Below, piece by piece: positions 11,843 to 24,204 of a DNA stretch of 64,000 nucleotides. This DNA comes from Mobula hypostoma (taxonomy: Eukaryota): contig NC_086108.1 of the NCBI RefSeq assembly GCF_963921235.1, positions 34,288,001 through 34,352,000 on the forward strand, in the 5' to 3' direction. The notes under the pieces were generated by a model, which did not search any database, was not told the origin of the DNA, and saw nothing but the letters and a program-made list of their open reading frames with translations. The stretch's first letter is position 1. Every line of letters starts with the position of its first letter. The translations under genes and the position numbers were made by a program.

Positions 11843-12830
11843 CATCATCTTCACTACATGTGGTGTCGTATGTCATGGATAATCATGGTCTCCTGACTAT
11901 GATTGCTCTTATCAAACTTTCTACAGAAGTGGTTTGCCATTGCCAGACATCCCACCCTGCAAAAACTCATTTCAGGGAGGTAGCACCATCAATTTGCGGG
12001 AGACTCCCGGAACATCCGGGAGAGGTGGGATGTCTGCAATAGAGTAGCTCCTGAGCAGCTAGCCAACTAGTTTAAATAACGTTAGCTATGCTAATGAATG
12101 AATGACACCTGGTAAACTCACCTCAACATGTCTTTTACAGTCTTAACCCACCATGGGCAATAGAAAAGTCACTGTTGCAAACAGTGCAGCGAGCAACACT
12201 GTCATTATTTTGACCCCTATTAGGCAGGGGTACACTTTAGGGTAGTCTGGGGTGATGTATGTTTTAGATTTTCTTTTTTTGGAACACTCTGCCATGGCGT
12301 GCTCTCGCTCGCGCGCTGTCTCTCGTGGTCACTCTCGCACGCTCTCTCGCACTCCCGCTCGCATGCTCTCGCATGCTTGTCCTCGCTCTCTCTCGTGGTC
12401 GCTCTCGCACTCTCTCTTACTTTCTCTCTCTCGCTCTCTCGCTATCAAAAAAATTGATTTCCGTGATATTGTATATAATTTGCGGGCATCAAGGAGCCAC
12501 TATTAATATGCGGGAGACACCCAGAACTTCCAGGAGAGGTGGGATGTCTGCATTGCCTTCTTCTGGACAGTGTCTATACAAGACAGGCGATGCCAGCATT
12601 ATCAATACTCTTCAGAGAATGTCTGCCTGGCATCAGTGGTCACATAACCAGGACTTGTGATAAGCACCAGCTGCTCATAACGACTGTCCACCACCTGTTC
12701 CCACGGCTTCACGCAACCCTGATCAGGGGGCTACGCAGGGGCTACACCTTGGCCAAGGGTGACCTGCTGGCTAGCGGAAGAAAGGAGCACCTTACACTTT
12801 CTTTGATAGAGATGTATCTCCATCCTGCTA
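11843..12830 (-). mobile_element. RTE-derived element, copy 2, split by a DNA-transposon insertion
   Basis: 11843-11943 and 12551-12830 join into the reverse complement of 9954-10330. Confidence 0.75.
11944..12550. mobile_element. Non-autonomous DNA transposon with 13-bp TIR and 6-bp TSD
   Basis: CAGACATCCCACC ... GGTGGGATGTCTG; CATTGC at 11938-11943 and 12551-12556; internal (CTCG/CT)n tract. Confidence 0.85.
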
Positions 12831-13284
12831 GGAAAAGGAGACCATAACTAGGGGCCATGGGTTTAGGGTGAGGGGGGAAAGATTTAAAAGAAACCTGAGG
12901 GGCAACATTTTCAAGCAAAGGTGGGTAGTATATTGAGTGAGCTGCCAGAGGAAGTTACTGAGGCACGTTTCTCCACCCCACCACCCAGCATCCATCTATA
13001 CTAACCCTATTTACCAGCACTTGGTTCATAGCCTTCCACGCATGTTAAGAGATTTCTATTTTAAACAATTAAATATCATTTAGATGCATTCTAGGTAAAC
13101 TTTTTCCATTAGCTGTACTGTTATTTACACTTCAAAATGTTTCTTTCACAAACTGGAAATATTACTCATCTAGTCTCTCCCACTTCATAGGTGCTGCCAT
13201 ATCTGTCGGACGCTTTTAGTTTCTAACTCACACTTCCGCCAGCTGCAGTATTTTATGTTAGAAGCCATCACGTGTATTTAAACT

Positions 13285-13670
13285 CAAGAAATTCTATAGA
13301 TGCTGGAATTCCAAAGCAAAATACACAAAACGCTGCAGGAACTCAGCAGGTCAGGCAGCACCTATGGAAATGAACAAACATTCGACGTTTCAGGCCGTGA
13401 CCCTTCTTCAGGACTGGAAGGGAAGTGGGAAGACGCCAGAATAAAAAAGTGGGGGGTTGGGGGGGTGCTTGTGGATGGAAAGGAGGCTAGCTAGAAGGTG
13501 ATAGATGAAGCCAGGTGGGTAGGAAATGTAAAAGGCTGGAGAAGAAGGAATCTGATAGGAGAAGAGAGTGGACCATGGGAGAAAGTTAAGGAGGAGGGAG
13601 ATGATGACAAGGTGAGAAGAGGTAAGAGCCCGGTGTGGAGATTAGAGAAGAGGGAAGGGGGAGGGCAAAA
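13285..13670 (-). mobile_element. Penelope-like pLTR fragment with hammerhead-type core
   Basis: Homologous to 54560-54944; reverse complement of 13380-13415 reads AGTC CTGAAGA AGGGTCACGGCCT GAAA CG TC GAAT. Confidence 0.8.
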
Positions 13671-13874
13671 AAATTAAAGCACACTTTCTTACAGTTGAAC
13701 ATAGTATATTTTTTTGCAATTTAAACTTATGTAAATAACGTATGACAAATTTTTAATGGTAGAAACACGATATCAGTTTCCTTTAGGGAAATCCAAGCAA
13801 ATTAACACAATAAGTTGGAAAAATGCCATCTTCCGGCATGAAATAAAATACATTTCTTATTATAATAAAATAGA

Positions 13875-14230
13875 TTCTGAGTGGGGTTGACAAGAAGGAT
13901 GCTGAGGAAGAATTTCTCTGTGTGAGGAAATGTAGAATGTGGGGAATGGTTTAGAACAATAAGCTGTACATGCAAGGTGGAAATGAGGAATTTATTTTTG
14001 TAGGGGATCGGAATCTTTGGAATTCTCTGTCCAAGAAAGCTGTGGAGGCAGAGTCATGGAATGTACACAAAATTAAGACAGACAGAAATTTGGTCCACAG
14101 GAAGGTCAGGAATAATGGGATCAGACAGAAAATTGGAGCCTGGCTGGATGACCAAGACTGCATCAGCCCCATTTAATTGGATAGCTGTGCAGATTGAAGA
14201 AACCACATAGACTACTCCTGCTCCTATTTT
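13875..14230 (+). mobile_element. Old CR1 3' fragment
   Basis: NLWNSLSKKAVEAES motif and ctactcctgctcctattt 3' end. Confidence 0.7.
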
Positions 14231-14994
14231 TTAAAGTCCTTATTAAAATCTAATGATTGAATGTGCTTGAAAGTAATTTAGGACAGACCACTGAAAAAAA
14301 AATTGATTAAACTTATGTGCCCAGGTTAGAACCAGAAAGATACATGATCTAAAAACTGAAAGGAGAAATTGAATAAAGGCAGAGGAATAAAACTTTAACA
14401 GATTAAATTCATTACGTGCAAGACTGCACTGCGCCATGGATAACATCTGCAGAAATGTCAGGAGCAATCTGTCATTTTATCCATCAGCAGGGAGCAGATG
14501 CTCAGAGTTACATATGTGCTGCTAATGTATCCAAACACATGCATAATATAATCAAATATTTTTTTATAACTTGGGGACAGTGAGTGTCTCATGTTAATGA
14601 CATGTGATTTCAAAATCTATTCAAGGTAAGAACTTGTATACCTATTTATTTATTTTTTCACTTTGTATTTTAATGGGTTTTTTTATGTATTGCGCTTCAC
14701 GGCTGCCCCAAAACGACAAATTTCACAAATGTCGGTGGCAACAAACCTGATTCTGGAAATTGATTTTTGTTACTCATTTGTGTACTTTGTCAGAGAACAT
14801 TTGTGTTATGACTGGTTGAGAATAACACAAACATCTTCATCAAAGTAATTGCTACCAAGTGCAAATTCTCGAATCTGGTCATTGTGGCTTCATAACCTCC
14901 ATTGGCGGCTAGTGTCATGCTGGGGATATAGGTAATGAGTGAAAGACTAGCAACTGGATTCAGAAATACTTACTGCTCATCCATTTTAACCTGC

Positions 14995-15979
14995 GTCTAC
15001 GTCCACACTACGCCGGATAATTTTGAAAACGAAGCTTTTTCTCTTAGTTTTGCCCTCCCATCCACACTGAGCCGGCGTTTTCAGCCCCCGAAAACGGAAA
15101 TTTTCGAAAACACTCTCCAGAGTGAATAAATCTGAAAACGCTAAATATCCGGCGTAGTGTGTACGGGGTAACTGGAGAGATTTTAAAACACTGTCATGAC
15201 AACACCACAACAACAATGCTTTTTTCTGCTTCTGCTTGGTACTGCGCAAGCTGTTATAACGTGCAGTCGGTGTGAACGGCGTGAGAGTTAAATTGTAAAG
15301 TGAGTTTTTTTGACTATTTAAAAACGCTGTCATGACGTGCTGGAACAGATGTTCGTTGTTTTCTTGAACGCCACCACCTAACAATTTCAGAACAGACGGA
15401 CGAGACTGAAGCCAGTTGACCCATAGCTTACTGAATAAATAAGTATACTCACTTCGCCCTGTTTTCTGTCCTTGCTTGTATGAAGGTGGTTTACCTATTT
15501 ATGCAAGTACTTCTCTGACAATAGATGTGTAACAGCCTAATGTAACATTGCATGGAAATACAAGATATCACTGATGCAGACGTTTTATACACTTAACAAG
15601 GTGCTTTATTAATGCAACAGAGTTAGTCAGTTTTTCAATGTTCGTCATCAGCTGGGTCATACTATCCGTGAACTCCCTGTCAGTTGCCTCCATACGCTCT
15701 AGTATTTGTTTTTTTTAAGTTTTAAGTCCTCCTATGCGAGAGCCAAGAGCAATTCCTTTAAAGTTTTCCTACTCTGTAACTGGACAAACGCGCACGAAGT
15801 ATATCGTTTCCTCTTCGCTTGTTTTCTGTGTGTCCTGCGCATGCCCAGTAGGAGGAGATTCGCCCAAATATACGCCTAATGTGGACGGAGATATTTTGAA
15901 AAACGCTTAGTGTGGGCGCCTGTCGTTTTTACTCGAAACCGGCATTTTCAAAATTATCCGGCGTAGTGTGGACGTAGCC
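14995..15979. mobile_element. Non-autonomous PIF/Harbinger element, copy 1
   Basis: 35-bp TIR G(G/T)CTACGTCCACACTACGCCGGATAATTTTGAAAA (34/35); flanks TGC/TAC; related to 48322-49112. Confidence 0.85.
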
Positions 15980-18579
15980 TACCAGCCCTCATCTCTGTGT
16001 GAAATGAAGTCCATTGGGAAACCTGCCTAGACATTTTATGCTAATTCACTGACCGTGTTTACCATTTTCCTAGTGCCGGCTGTGCAATTAATGATAAGTG
16101 GATCACCAAACACTCAGCCACCACTCAACAGCTTTGGTTGTGAACATGATTTCTACTTGTGAATGGCGGAAAGGGTATTGAATAAGGGAGGGAGAGAGGA
16201 GACAATGAAAGATGAATGGTTTCCCTGTGTGTGGGAAGAGATGGAAAAATTTGCTTCTATTTTTGCAACATCACCAAGATGTGCAGTATATTTAAACCAT
16301 GGACTATAAATCCCATTTCATGTATAAGGCAGGCAGTGAATGGAATTTCTCACATGACATTTCTATTTTCTGTCCAATGTATTAACAGGTGTTGACAGAA
16401 AGAGTAGGACACCATTGATATTCCTTACTTGGAGCTTTAATCCAAAGATTGTAAGGTATCAAAGACTAGCTTTGCCAGTAAAAATGTACCCTTGGACTGA
16501 GGACAATGGTGAAGAGAAGAGTGACAAAGAATAAAAGGAAATCTACTGGGTAAGTGTGTTTTAAATGATTGGAGGCATTAAGTTCTTTTTAATTTTTTCA
16601 AGAACCATTGTAGCCCAAAGAAATAAATAAAATGCTGACACTGTAAAACAATACTCTAATAATCTCACATCACATTGTATTCGATATACAATATCAGAAA
16701 ATAATAACGAAAACAATTAAAATTCACATGCACTTGAAGTATAGTGATGTACTGTATTACCATGGAAACTGCTAAAGTAAGTTCTGCACTAAGATCTTTT
16801 TGGAACAGTTTTTTAGTTCGGTGTTATGCATAATTTATGTGTAATTTACGTCCTGTGTATTGATTGATTCTATTGGCTGTGATGCTGCTGAAAGCAGATT
16901 TTTCATTATAACTATACCTCGCCGTCCTAGTGCATGTGACAATATACTCGAGTTCTGGACATTACTAGAAAGGAACAGGCTGGAAACCATGCCTAAAGAT
17001 TTTGTTGCAATTTTAATTGTCCAGTGTGCACATAATTCATTGTTCCAAAGAAAACAAGATTCCAAGTTACCATTAAAAGTTGGATATATTAACAAATGAC
17101 ATTCTTATAACTTTTAGAATTCCATGGTAGTCAGTAGTTTGATGATATGTTTCCCGCATCCACAGCGTAATACGGCCTTTTTAATCTTCTAGATTGCTTC
17201 TTGAAATAAAGGTGTTTCTTTACTGAGCAACCGTTTGGTGGAAAATCAGTGTTGGAAAATCTTATTTTCCACAATAAGCAAGATTATTTGGAAAACTAAG
17301 TAGAAAAATTTATGCAATATTATTTGAAGCACAGATTACTTGTTGAGTTGTAGGACCTGGGATGTTGTCTCCACTGCACCCCCCCTCCACAACTTGTCCC
17401 TGGGATTTATGCATCTAAAGTAGGCTGATAATTCAAGGCACACTGATGGAGGCACCAATAAACCGGAGGTTTGTGTGTTCTCTCCAATGGTAGAAAAGCA
17501 ACTTTTCTCTGGTATCCTGGCGAAAATGCATTTTTCAATAAAAAGAATTATCTATTCTGCACTTGATGCTGATGGTGGAAAGATGCTGTGAAATGATGAG
17601 CTGCAACACGTTCAAATGTGGAGAGAATAAAGTAGAAAGGATTAGAGTAAATGGGCATTTAATGGTTGGCATGAGCCTGGTGGCCCAGAGGTCCTGTTTC
17701 ATTGCTGGATGTCTCTATGAATCTCAAAAACACGCCACTGGCTGTAAACAAGTTGGAACCTCCTGAACCTGTGAGTGGCTTAATCTATGCTCCACACACA
17801 CATCTCTGACGTCCTGCTGTTGATTAAGGGCTGTGTTTGTTGCAGCTGAAACCTCCCCTGCACCTGTGTGGTGATGAAGGGAAACTTGTCTGCAAGCCTC
17901 TGGGCACCACTTCAGACAAGACCTGGACACCTTATCACTTCTATGGGAAAAGCTATGTCAACCAAAACATAATCCAGCTGTGGAGCAGCTTAGTAACGAT
18001 AGGTGCTTCTCCATGATACCACCACCCTAGAGAGGAGACTCTTACCAACACACAGAGTGTGTGGATTAGTGAACGTGTACTGGTGGTGATGTCCTGTCTC
18101 CTCAAGATTCTGTATACCATTAAGTACCTTTTACCCTCTTAAAATCACTGAACTACACTGGGTGCACGATCTCCCAGCAAGGAAAAGCAGGGACTGGGCT
18201 CCCCTCTTCGCCATCACTAGCATCTGTTTTGCTACAGGATTACAGCATCACTTCTCAGAACAAAAATAGCTCTGTAGGAGAGTCTCATTATAAATGTCAA
18301 TGCCTGAAAATACCCTTCACTGAGACTAATGCATGCACCAGGATATAACTAGCCATCAACACTCCTTTGAATGCCCAGGGCCATTTGATGGAAGAAACTT
18401 TCTTGTAAATCCTAAGTTGTGTAATCATCAGTGTACTTTACCAACAGCTCACTCACCTGTACTTTCAATTCACTTTGAGAGAACTGCTTTTCATGCCAAG
18501 AATGGAAAGAGTCAAAACTCGTAAGAGGTTTATATGAAAATGATATGTCCTCTCTGTGCCCTACTTTGGTAATGTCAGT

Positions 18580-18880
18580 TTCTGTTTTAGAAGCATGGTT
18601 CTCATCTGATAGCAAATATATTGAAATAGATGCCATCTACGAACCCCTAAGACCAAAAGAATTGCGGGCCAATGAATTCAAGAGGGCAACTGAAGGAGTA
18701 GCCAATCAGGACAGAGGCAAACGAACTGGGGCCGATATAAATGTGAGCAATCTCAGTGAGAGGCATCAACAAAGGCACATGAAGATGTCACCTTGACTAG
18801 TGATGAAATGTCTGCAAGGCAATTTGCCAAGCCTGAAGGACACCACCTCAGCCCAAGCTACCAATATTCACCACCATGTT
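18580..18880 (+). mobile_element. Old Penelope-like 3' fragment of a second lineage
   Basis: LEAWFSSDSKYIEIDAIYEPLR resembles the C-terminus of PLE GIY-YIG ORFs; followed by a decayed hammerhead-like core (aTGAAGA tgtcacc..agtgat GAAA tg tc). Confidence 0.6.
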
Positions 18881-21800
18881 ACAAAATCTTTTCTGTGCTC
18901 CCTCTGTCATACAGCAACACCTGGAGTTAAAGAAGAAGCATATCACTAATACGTAATTGTTTCATAAAGTGGATGCAGAGACCGGGATTCATTCTTTTCT
19001 TTTCATTCATTAGAACATAGCTGAAACCGAAACACAGAGCAAAAGCTTTCCCGTGAAAGCAGTTTTTGTCAAACTGGGATGGCAATAGCATGAGCTCTTA
19101 CAGCTGTACGTATGATCAGATAATTATTAAAGGATGCACTGGGCAAATGGAAGACATCTTGGGACAGAATCTAGTGGATTCCAAGGATCTTGCTGAACTT
19201 TTAAATGTGTACATACAGATTAGCAGTGGGAGTATGTCATTCGGTCCCTCAAGCCAGTACCTTCATTACAGCTGATCTGACTGTTGTCCAACATTCCTCT
19301 TTGAACTGCACGGCAACAAAGGCTACGTGTGCGGGAGCACTTTGGTTGTTGTGTGGCCATGCATCCGCACAGCCTAAAGGGAACAATGCCATAGTCTCAA
19401 CTCTGCATTCCCATCTACCCACGGTATCATTTCAACCCTCTTGATTATCAAGTACTTCACTCTACCTTAAAAATATTAAAATATTCTTTTTTTCTCCAAA
19501 GACTCACGATCTCCAAGAGGAAATATTTCAGGTTCTCTCTGTCTTAAATGGGTAGCCTCCTATTTTTAAACAGTGACCTCTGGTCTACATTCTCCCACAA
19601 AAGGAAAGCATCCACAGAATATCCATCTGTCAAAATACTTCAGTATTTCAAAGTTCCTTTCAAAGGATCTCATGTGATTATCATAATTCTTACCAGTAAA
19701 CAAGGCAAGGACTGAATAAGAAAAAAAGATCTGATACCAGTGTTCATAAGTTGAAAAAATGGGTCAGTATTCGTTGCCAGGAAGTACAGCCATCACTTGT
19801 CAACAACCAACGAGAAGCTTTAGACTAACAGGCTTAGCCGTCTGTCAAAACTATCAGCCGCCATGAATGTTTCTGAATGCCTAATATGCAGGATGCTCAA
19901 AAGTATCCCAAAACTACAGAAAACTAAACAATTAAAATATCTCTAAATTATTAAATAAGAATTAAGATGTATTTATATTTAACCAAACACAATTACTTTT
20001 TAAAAAGAATAGCATAATATGTTACTCCTGCACAGATGATCATCTCCATTCCAACAACCGGCGTTTCTTTTCCTGTGCCAGGACTAATCTGTGGCTTGTT
20101 CAGTGGGCAAACACCCCAAAGTTGAGTTCATCTCTTGTCAGTGGATTCTCTGAGGAACCCAATGTGGGAACGCAGACTGCAGATCACTGAGGAAAAGCAG
20201 CCGCAGCAAGTCTGGGATTTCTGCTTTTGCGAAGCATATTGAAATTGGTGGCACACTTCTGCAAAACCCAGTCCATTAACTTCTCGCTTTCAAGTGCCTA
20301 TGAGCATGCTGTGCTCTTTCGGCCTTCTACGACATGTTTCAGAGAATTAACTCCATTTTCCTGTGTCTCTCTTTGTTTTGCTGTGCTTGTCCTTTTAAGA
20401 AGCAAGTTAATAGTTTGTTTAAAGCATACAAGTGAAATGTGATGACAGAAAAGGCACCATTAACCAGAAAGGTCATGTTAAAAGTAGACTACTGCACAGC
20501 TGTTTGATCTCATCCAGTAGAGCTCTGCTTTAAGCAAAATTAAATGGGTTTCTGCCAAATGGAAGACGTGCCACAAAACATGTAGAGATCAACCTCAGAC
20601 ATCTGTTCCCAGGAATTAATTGATTTATATAATCTGATATTGTAAGTTGCTATAGCTGTAATGAAACATATTATGGGTCACTGCAAGGACATTATACAAT
20701 AAAACCTCAACGCACAGTGAGGGTCAAGGAGTAGGTGCTGGCCAATCATCTATCAAGTCATCCATTTAACCACTAATTCTGATGAATGCTGGAGTTCCAT
20801 TTTATATGAATAACATGGTCATTTGCTTCAGTCCCAGTCTCTTGCAGACCAGCATTGCCCAATGTATGAGCTATCAGTAACTGGAATCCAAATACAGCTA
20901 ATTGCATTTCTGCTGTTGTTCCTTTGGTCTTAACCTTTCACCCCACCAACATATGCACTATTGACCCAAACACCGTAACTGCTTTTCCAATTAGTTGAAA
21001 TAAACTATTCAAATTCAAGGGATTTGCAAGTTTAATAATCATTCACACATCTAATCATGCATGCTTTAATCATTTTTTGCCATTATAATACGAAGAAAAG
21101 CAACGTGCACAAATATTTTTGACTACATGTATGAAAAGGCTTTAACTTTCTCATTCATATCACTAATATTTGTATTTTTTTCACCTAATCACTGGAATTT
21201 TACTCCGTATTTTAAATCTAATGATATGTCTTTTCCAAAATTCACTTGTGCTTCCCCAACCAATCGCATCATTGCCTTTTCTAGCAGAATTTTTCTTCAA
21301 ATATTTTCATGTACTGTTTCAAACATCTTACTGCTAAACAACTTTTAATTATATGGTTTACAGGGGCAAGCAAAAAACCAGAAGATATCATACAAAATGT
21401 ACTAGTTTTCATAAAATATTGTTAATGCTATTACATATCAAGGTGGATATACCACAAATATGTTGTAAATTATAACTGACAATTTACATTTACCTCACAT
21501 AAGAAAGAAATCTAACAATCATTTGAAAAGATGGAAGCATGATGCAAGTACAATTCTGCACTATGGCATTAAATACCATAAATAACATCAAGGACAAGAT
21601 TTTTCTAAAAGCCAAAAGGCGACTTACCGATTAGATGTTCATCCTCCTGCAGCCATCTTTGCATTTAGCCCCATTTTAAAATGCTTGATAGTTCTGATAA
21701 CCTTATTAATACCAACCACTTTGTTCAATTTAATATAGTGCATCTATTTCAGCTAAGATCAAAATAAAGTTGGTACAAGATGAAAACCCTTGGAGCTCAT

Positions 21801-22382
21801 TATGATAGATAAGAACACAGAAGCACATAGAGATCATTTGGTGCATCTGTTTTGTTAATCAATATAGTTCAATTCCTTTAACATGTCATTCTAACCCAGT
21901 CTCCATATACCAGAGGTCCTTCCCAGCTTATGAACACCTAACTTATGTGTAGCCCACACATATGAGAAATCAGACATTTGAGAAATCAGTGAAATGGATT
22001 TGATGGCTGCTGTTAAACTGCTGGTGTCTCTTACCATCACAGAACTCAGCTTGTGGCCACATCTCAAGTAGTTTGGGTTACAAACAGTTCACAGCAACAA
22101 AATTCTGCCATAACCCTGCAAACGGTTAATCACCAACTACTTATAAATATGACTTTGGTTTGGCTCAATCCAAACTTTCATAATTCCTTCTGTGAAGATT
22201 CTGGGCTTGTTTTGCCTATAGTTTAAGATGATGATGTAAAAGTTTGTTCTTAGCTGTATATGCTAAACTCCACTTGTGAAATTCTAATGCATTGTGCAAT
22301 GTGCAATGTTCAACTGAAATTATTTTCCATGTTTTATGCAGATACGAATAAATACCATGTAAGAAACTTTATCATCTTGTAA

Positions 22383-22565
22383 CATACATCAAAGTTGCTG
22401 GTGAACGCAGCAGGCCAAGCAGCATGTATAGGAAGAGGCGCAGTCGACGTTTCAGGCCGAGACCCTTCGTCAGGACTAACTGAAGGAAGAGTGAGTAAGG
22501 GATTCGTTCACCAGCAACTTTGATGTATGTTGCTTGAATTTCCAGCATCTGCAGAATTCCTGGTG
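22383..22565. mobile_element. Inverted Penelope pLTR mini-insertion with 15-bp TSD
   Basis: TTTATCATCTTGTAA at 22368-22382 and 22566-22580; minus-oriented pLTR piece then plus-oriented piece, giving a 27-bp perfect inverted repeat. Confidence 0.9.
22442..22477 (-). ncRNA. Minimal type I hammerhead ribozyme motif (PLE-associated)
   Basis: Minus strand AGUC-CUGACGA-AGG(GUCUCGG)CCU-GAAA-CG-UC-GACU: complete catalytic core, stems I and II, palindromic ACGU in place of stem III, GUC triplet. Confidence 0.8.
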
Positions 22566-23789
22566 TTTATCATCTTGTAATTTCTCTTTATCTTACATAC
22601 TTCAGTATAACTACCTTTAAACTTCCCTCACTATTCAGTAGAAACAAGTTTTACCCAGAATTCACGTGTGCTGCCCACTGAATTGTCCCTGGCCTCTGTC
22701 AAAAACTGCTACATTAATCTGAAGAACTTGTACTTATTACAGTAAATCTCTGGTTCCCTTCGGACTTTGCTGATGCTGGACTGGCAGATTTTCCAGACTA
22801 CTGGATGCCAATATTAATCGATACTTAATACACACTTTTACTTCATTTTTATTTAAGTAGATGCTACATAAATTTTCATGTGAACCAAGTAAGTGCTGGA
22901 AGTGGAACTGCAGTGACCAGAAAGCAAGCAAGGGGATCAGAGCCTAGCAGGGTAGGAAGGAAGAGTGGAAACTGAGGGTGAAAAGGAAGAGCAGGAACTG
23001 GAATCCTAGTGAGGGCAGGAACCAGGACCTAGGCATTTTAGAAGGAGCACAAGAACCAGGGCCCTGGTGGCTGGAAAGCAAATACAGATATCCATTGGTA
23101 TTTCCATTGAACTCAATAGTGACTGATTGAATTTTGCCGTAGTTGGTGTTCTGTAGAGAGTAACATCAACATTTTTTCGCAGTTCCCTTTTTTGTATGTG
23201 CTAATATGGAAAAGATTTGTTTACTTGGATTCCCAGAACACTTTATTCATCTGTAATTCTTTGCTTTTCCCCATTACTTGCATTTCTACGTCTGATTATA
23301 TGGTGTTGTATCATAATTTATTGGATTATACAACATTATCCATCTTTATCTACATTGTCCTTCAGCAATTTCCTTTGACTCACCTATAGTTCAGAGTTGC
23401 ACTTGTCTCATACAATTGCAACACTGTCATTTATTTCCAATCCAGGATATTAAAGTCCTTGATATCAACCCACTCCTCATCAATTCACTCATGCCTCATT
23501 TATTCCAACTCTCTGCTTATTACTCAGCAAACCAATGATGATAGCCAACTGCTAAACTATTCAGCTCTTGAAAAACGGTGCCTGCCTTTATTATGCAAGT
23601 GTTTCTGAAAACCTATCCTGCAATCCAAATTGTTGCACAGTAAACGCAGTGAGATCATATGTGGAAAATGCATTCTAATTACGTGTTGATATTTAGTGAG
23701 AAGAATATCATGTTGAAGGTATCAAGTCACTACAAATGAAGAACTCATCCCACTGCAGTATATAGTGCTCTAACACAAATGCAAATACA

Positions 23790-24055
23790 GACAGCACAGT
23801 AGTGTAGTGGGCAGCACAACACTTTATAGTACCAGCGACCCGGGTTAATTTCTCGTCGCTGTCTATGAGGAGTTTGAATGCTCTCCCGATGACTGCGTGG
23901 GGTTCTTCTCACAGTCCAAAGACACACCAGTTGATAGGTTAATCAGTCATTGTTAATTGCCCCATGATTAGGCTGGGGTTAAATCGGGGCTTGCCGGCCA
24001 GGACAGCTTGAAAGGTTAGATGGGCCAATTCTGAGCTGTATCTCAATAAATTTAA
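23790..24055 (+). mobile_element. tRNA-derived SINE (V-SINE/HE1-like) with CR1-type tail
   Basis: Decayed A/B boxes, ctccccgatgactgcgtggg..cacagtccaaagac core; similar to 34690-34980. Confidence 0.7.
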
Positions 24056-24204
24056 AAAAATACATTTTATGAGGTTCAAATCAGTTGACTATCTCTCTAA
24101 AACTTTTATTAATATCCCTTGGGAATTCTTTGCTCCTATCTACAGTATTTATAACCAAATTTATAATAACACCAAATTTAAGAGTTACTGGAAAATATTA
24201 ATTT

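Noticed and set aside
16389..16549. Plus-strand exon-like segment (cag|...|gtaagt)
   Set aside because: Stops in all three frames and no partner exons; could only be non-coding or UTR, which I cannot support.
20020..20395. Coding-looking unique stretch
   Set aside because: The frames I translated close quickly and give no recognisable peptide.
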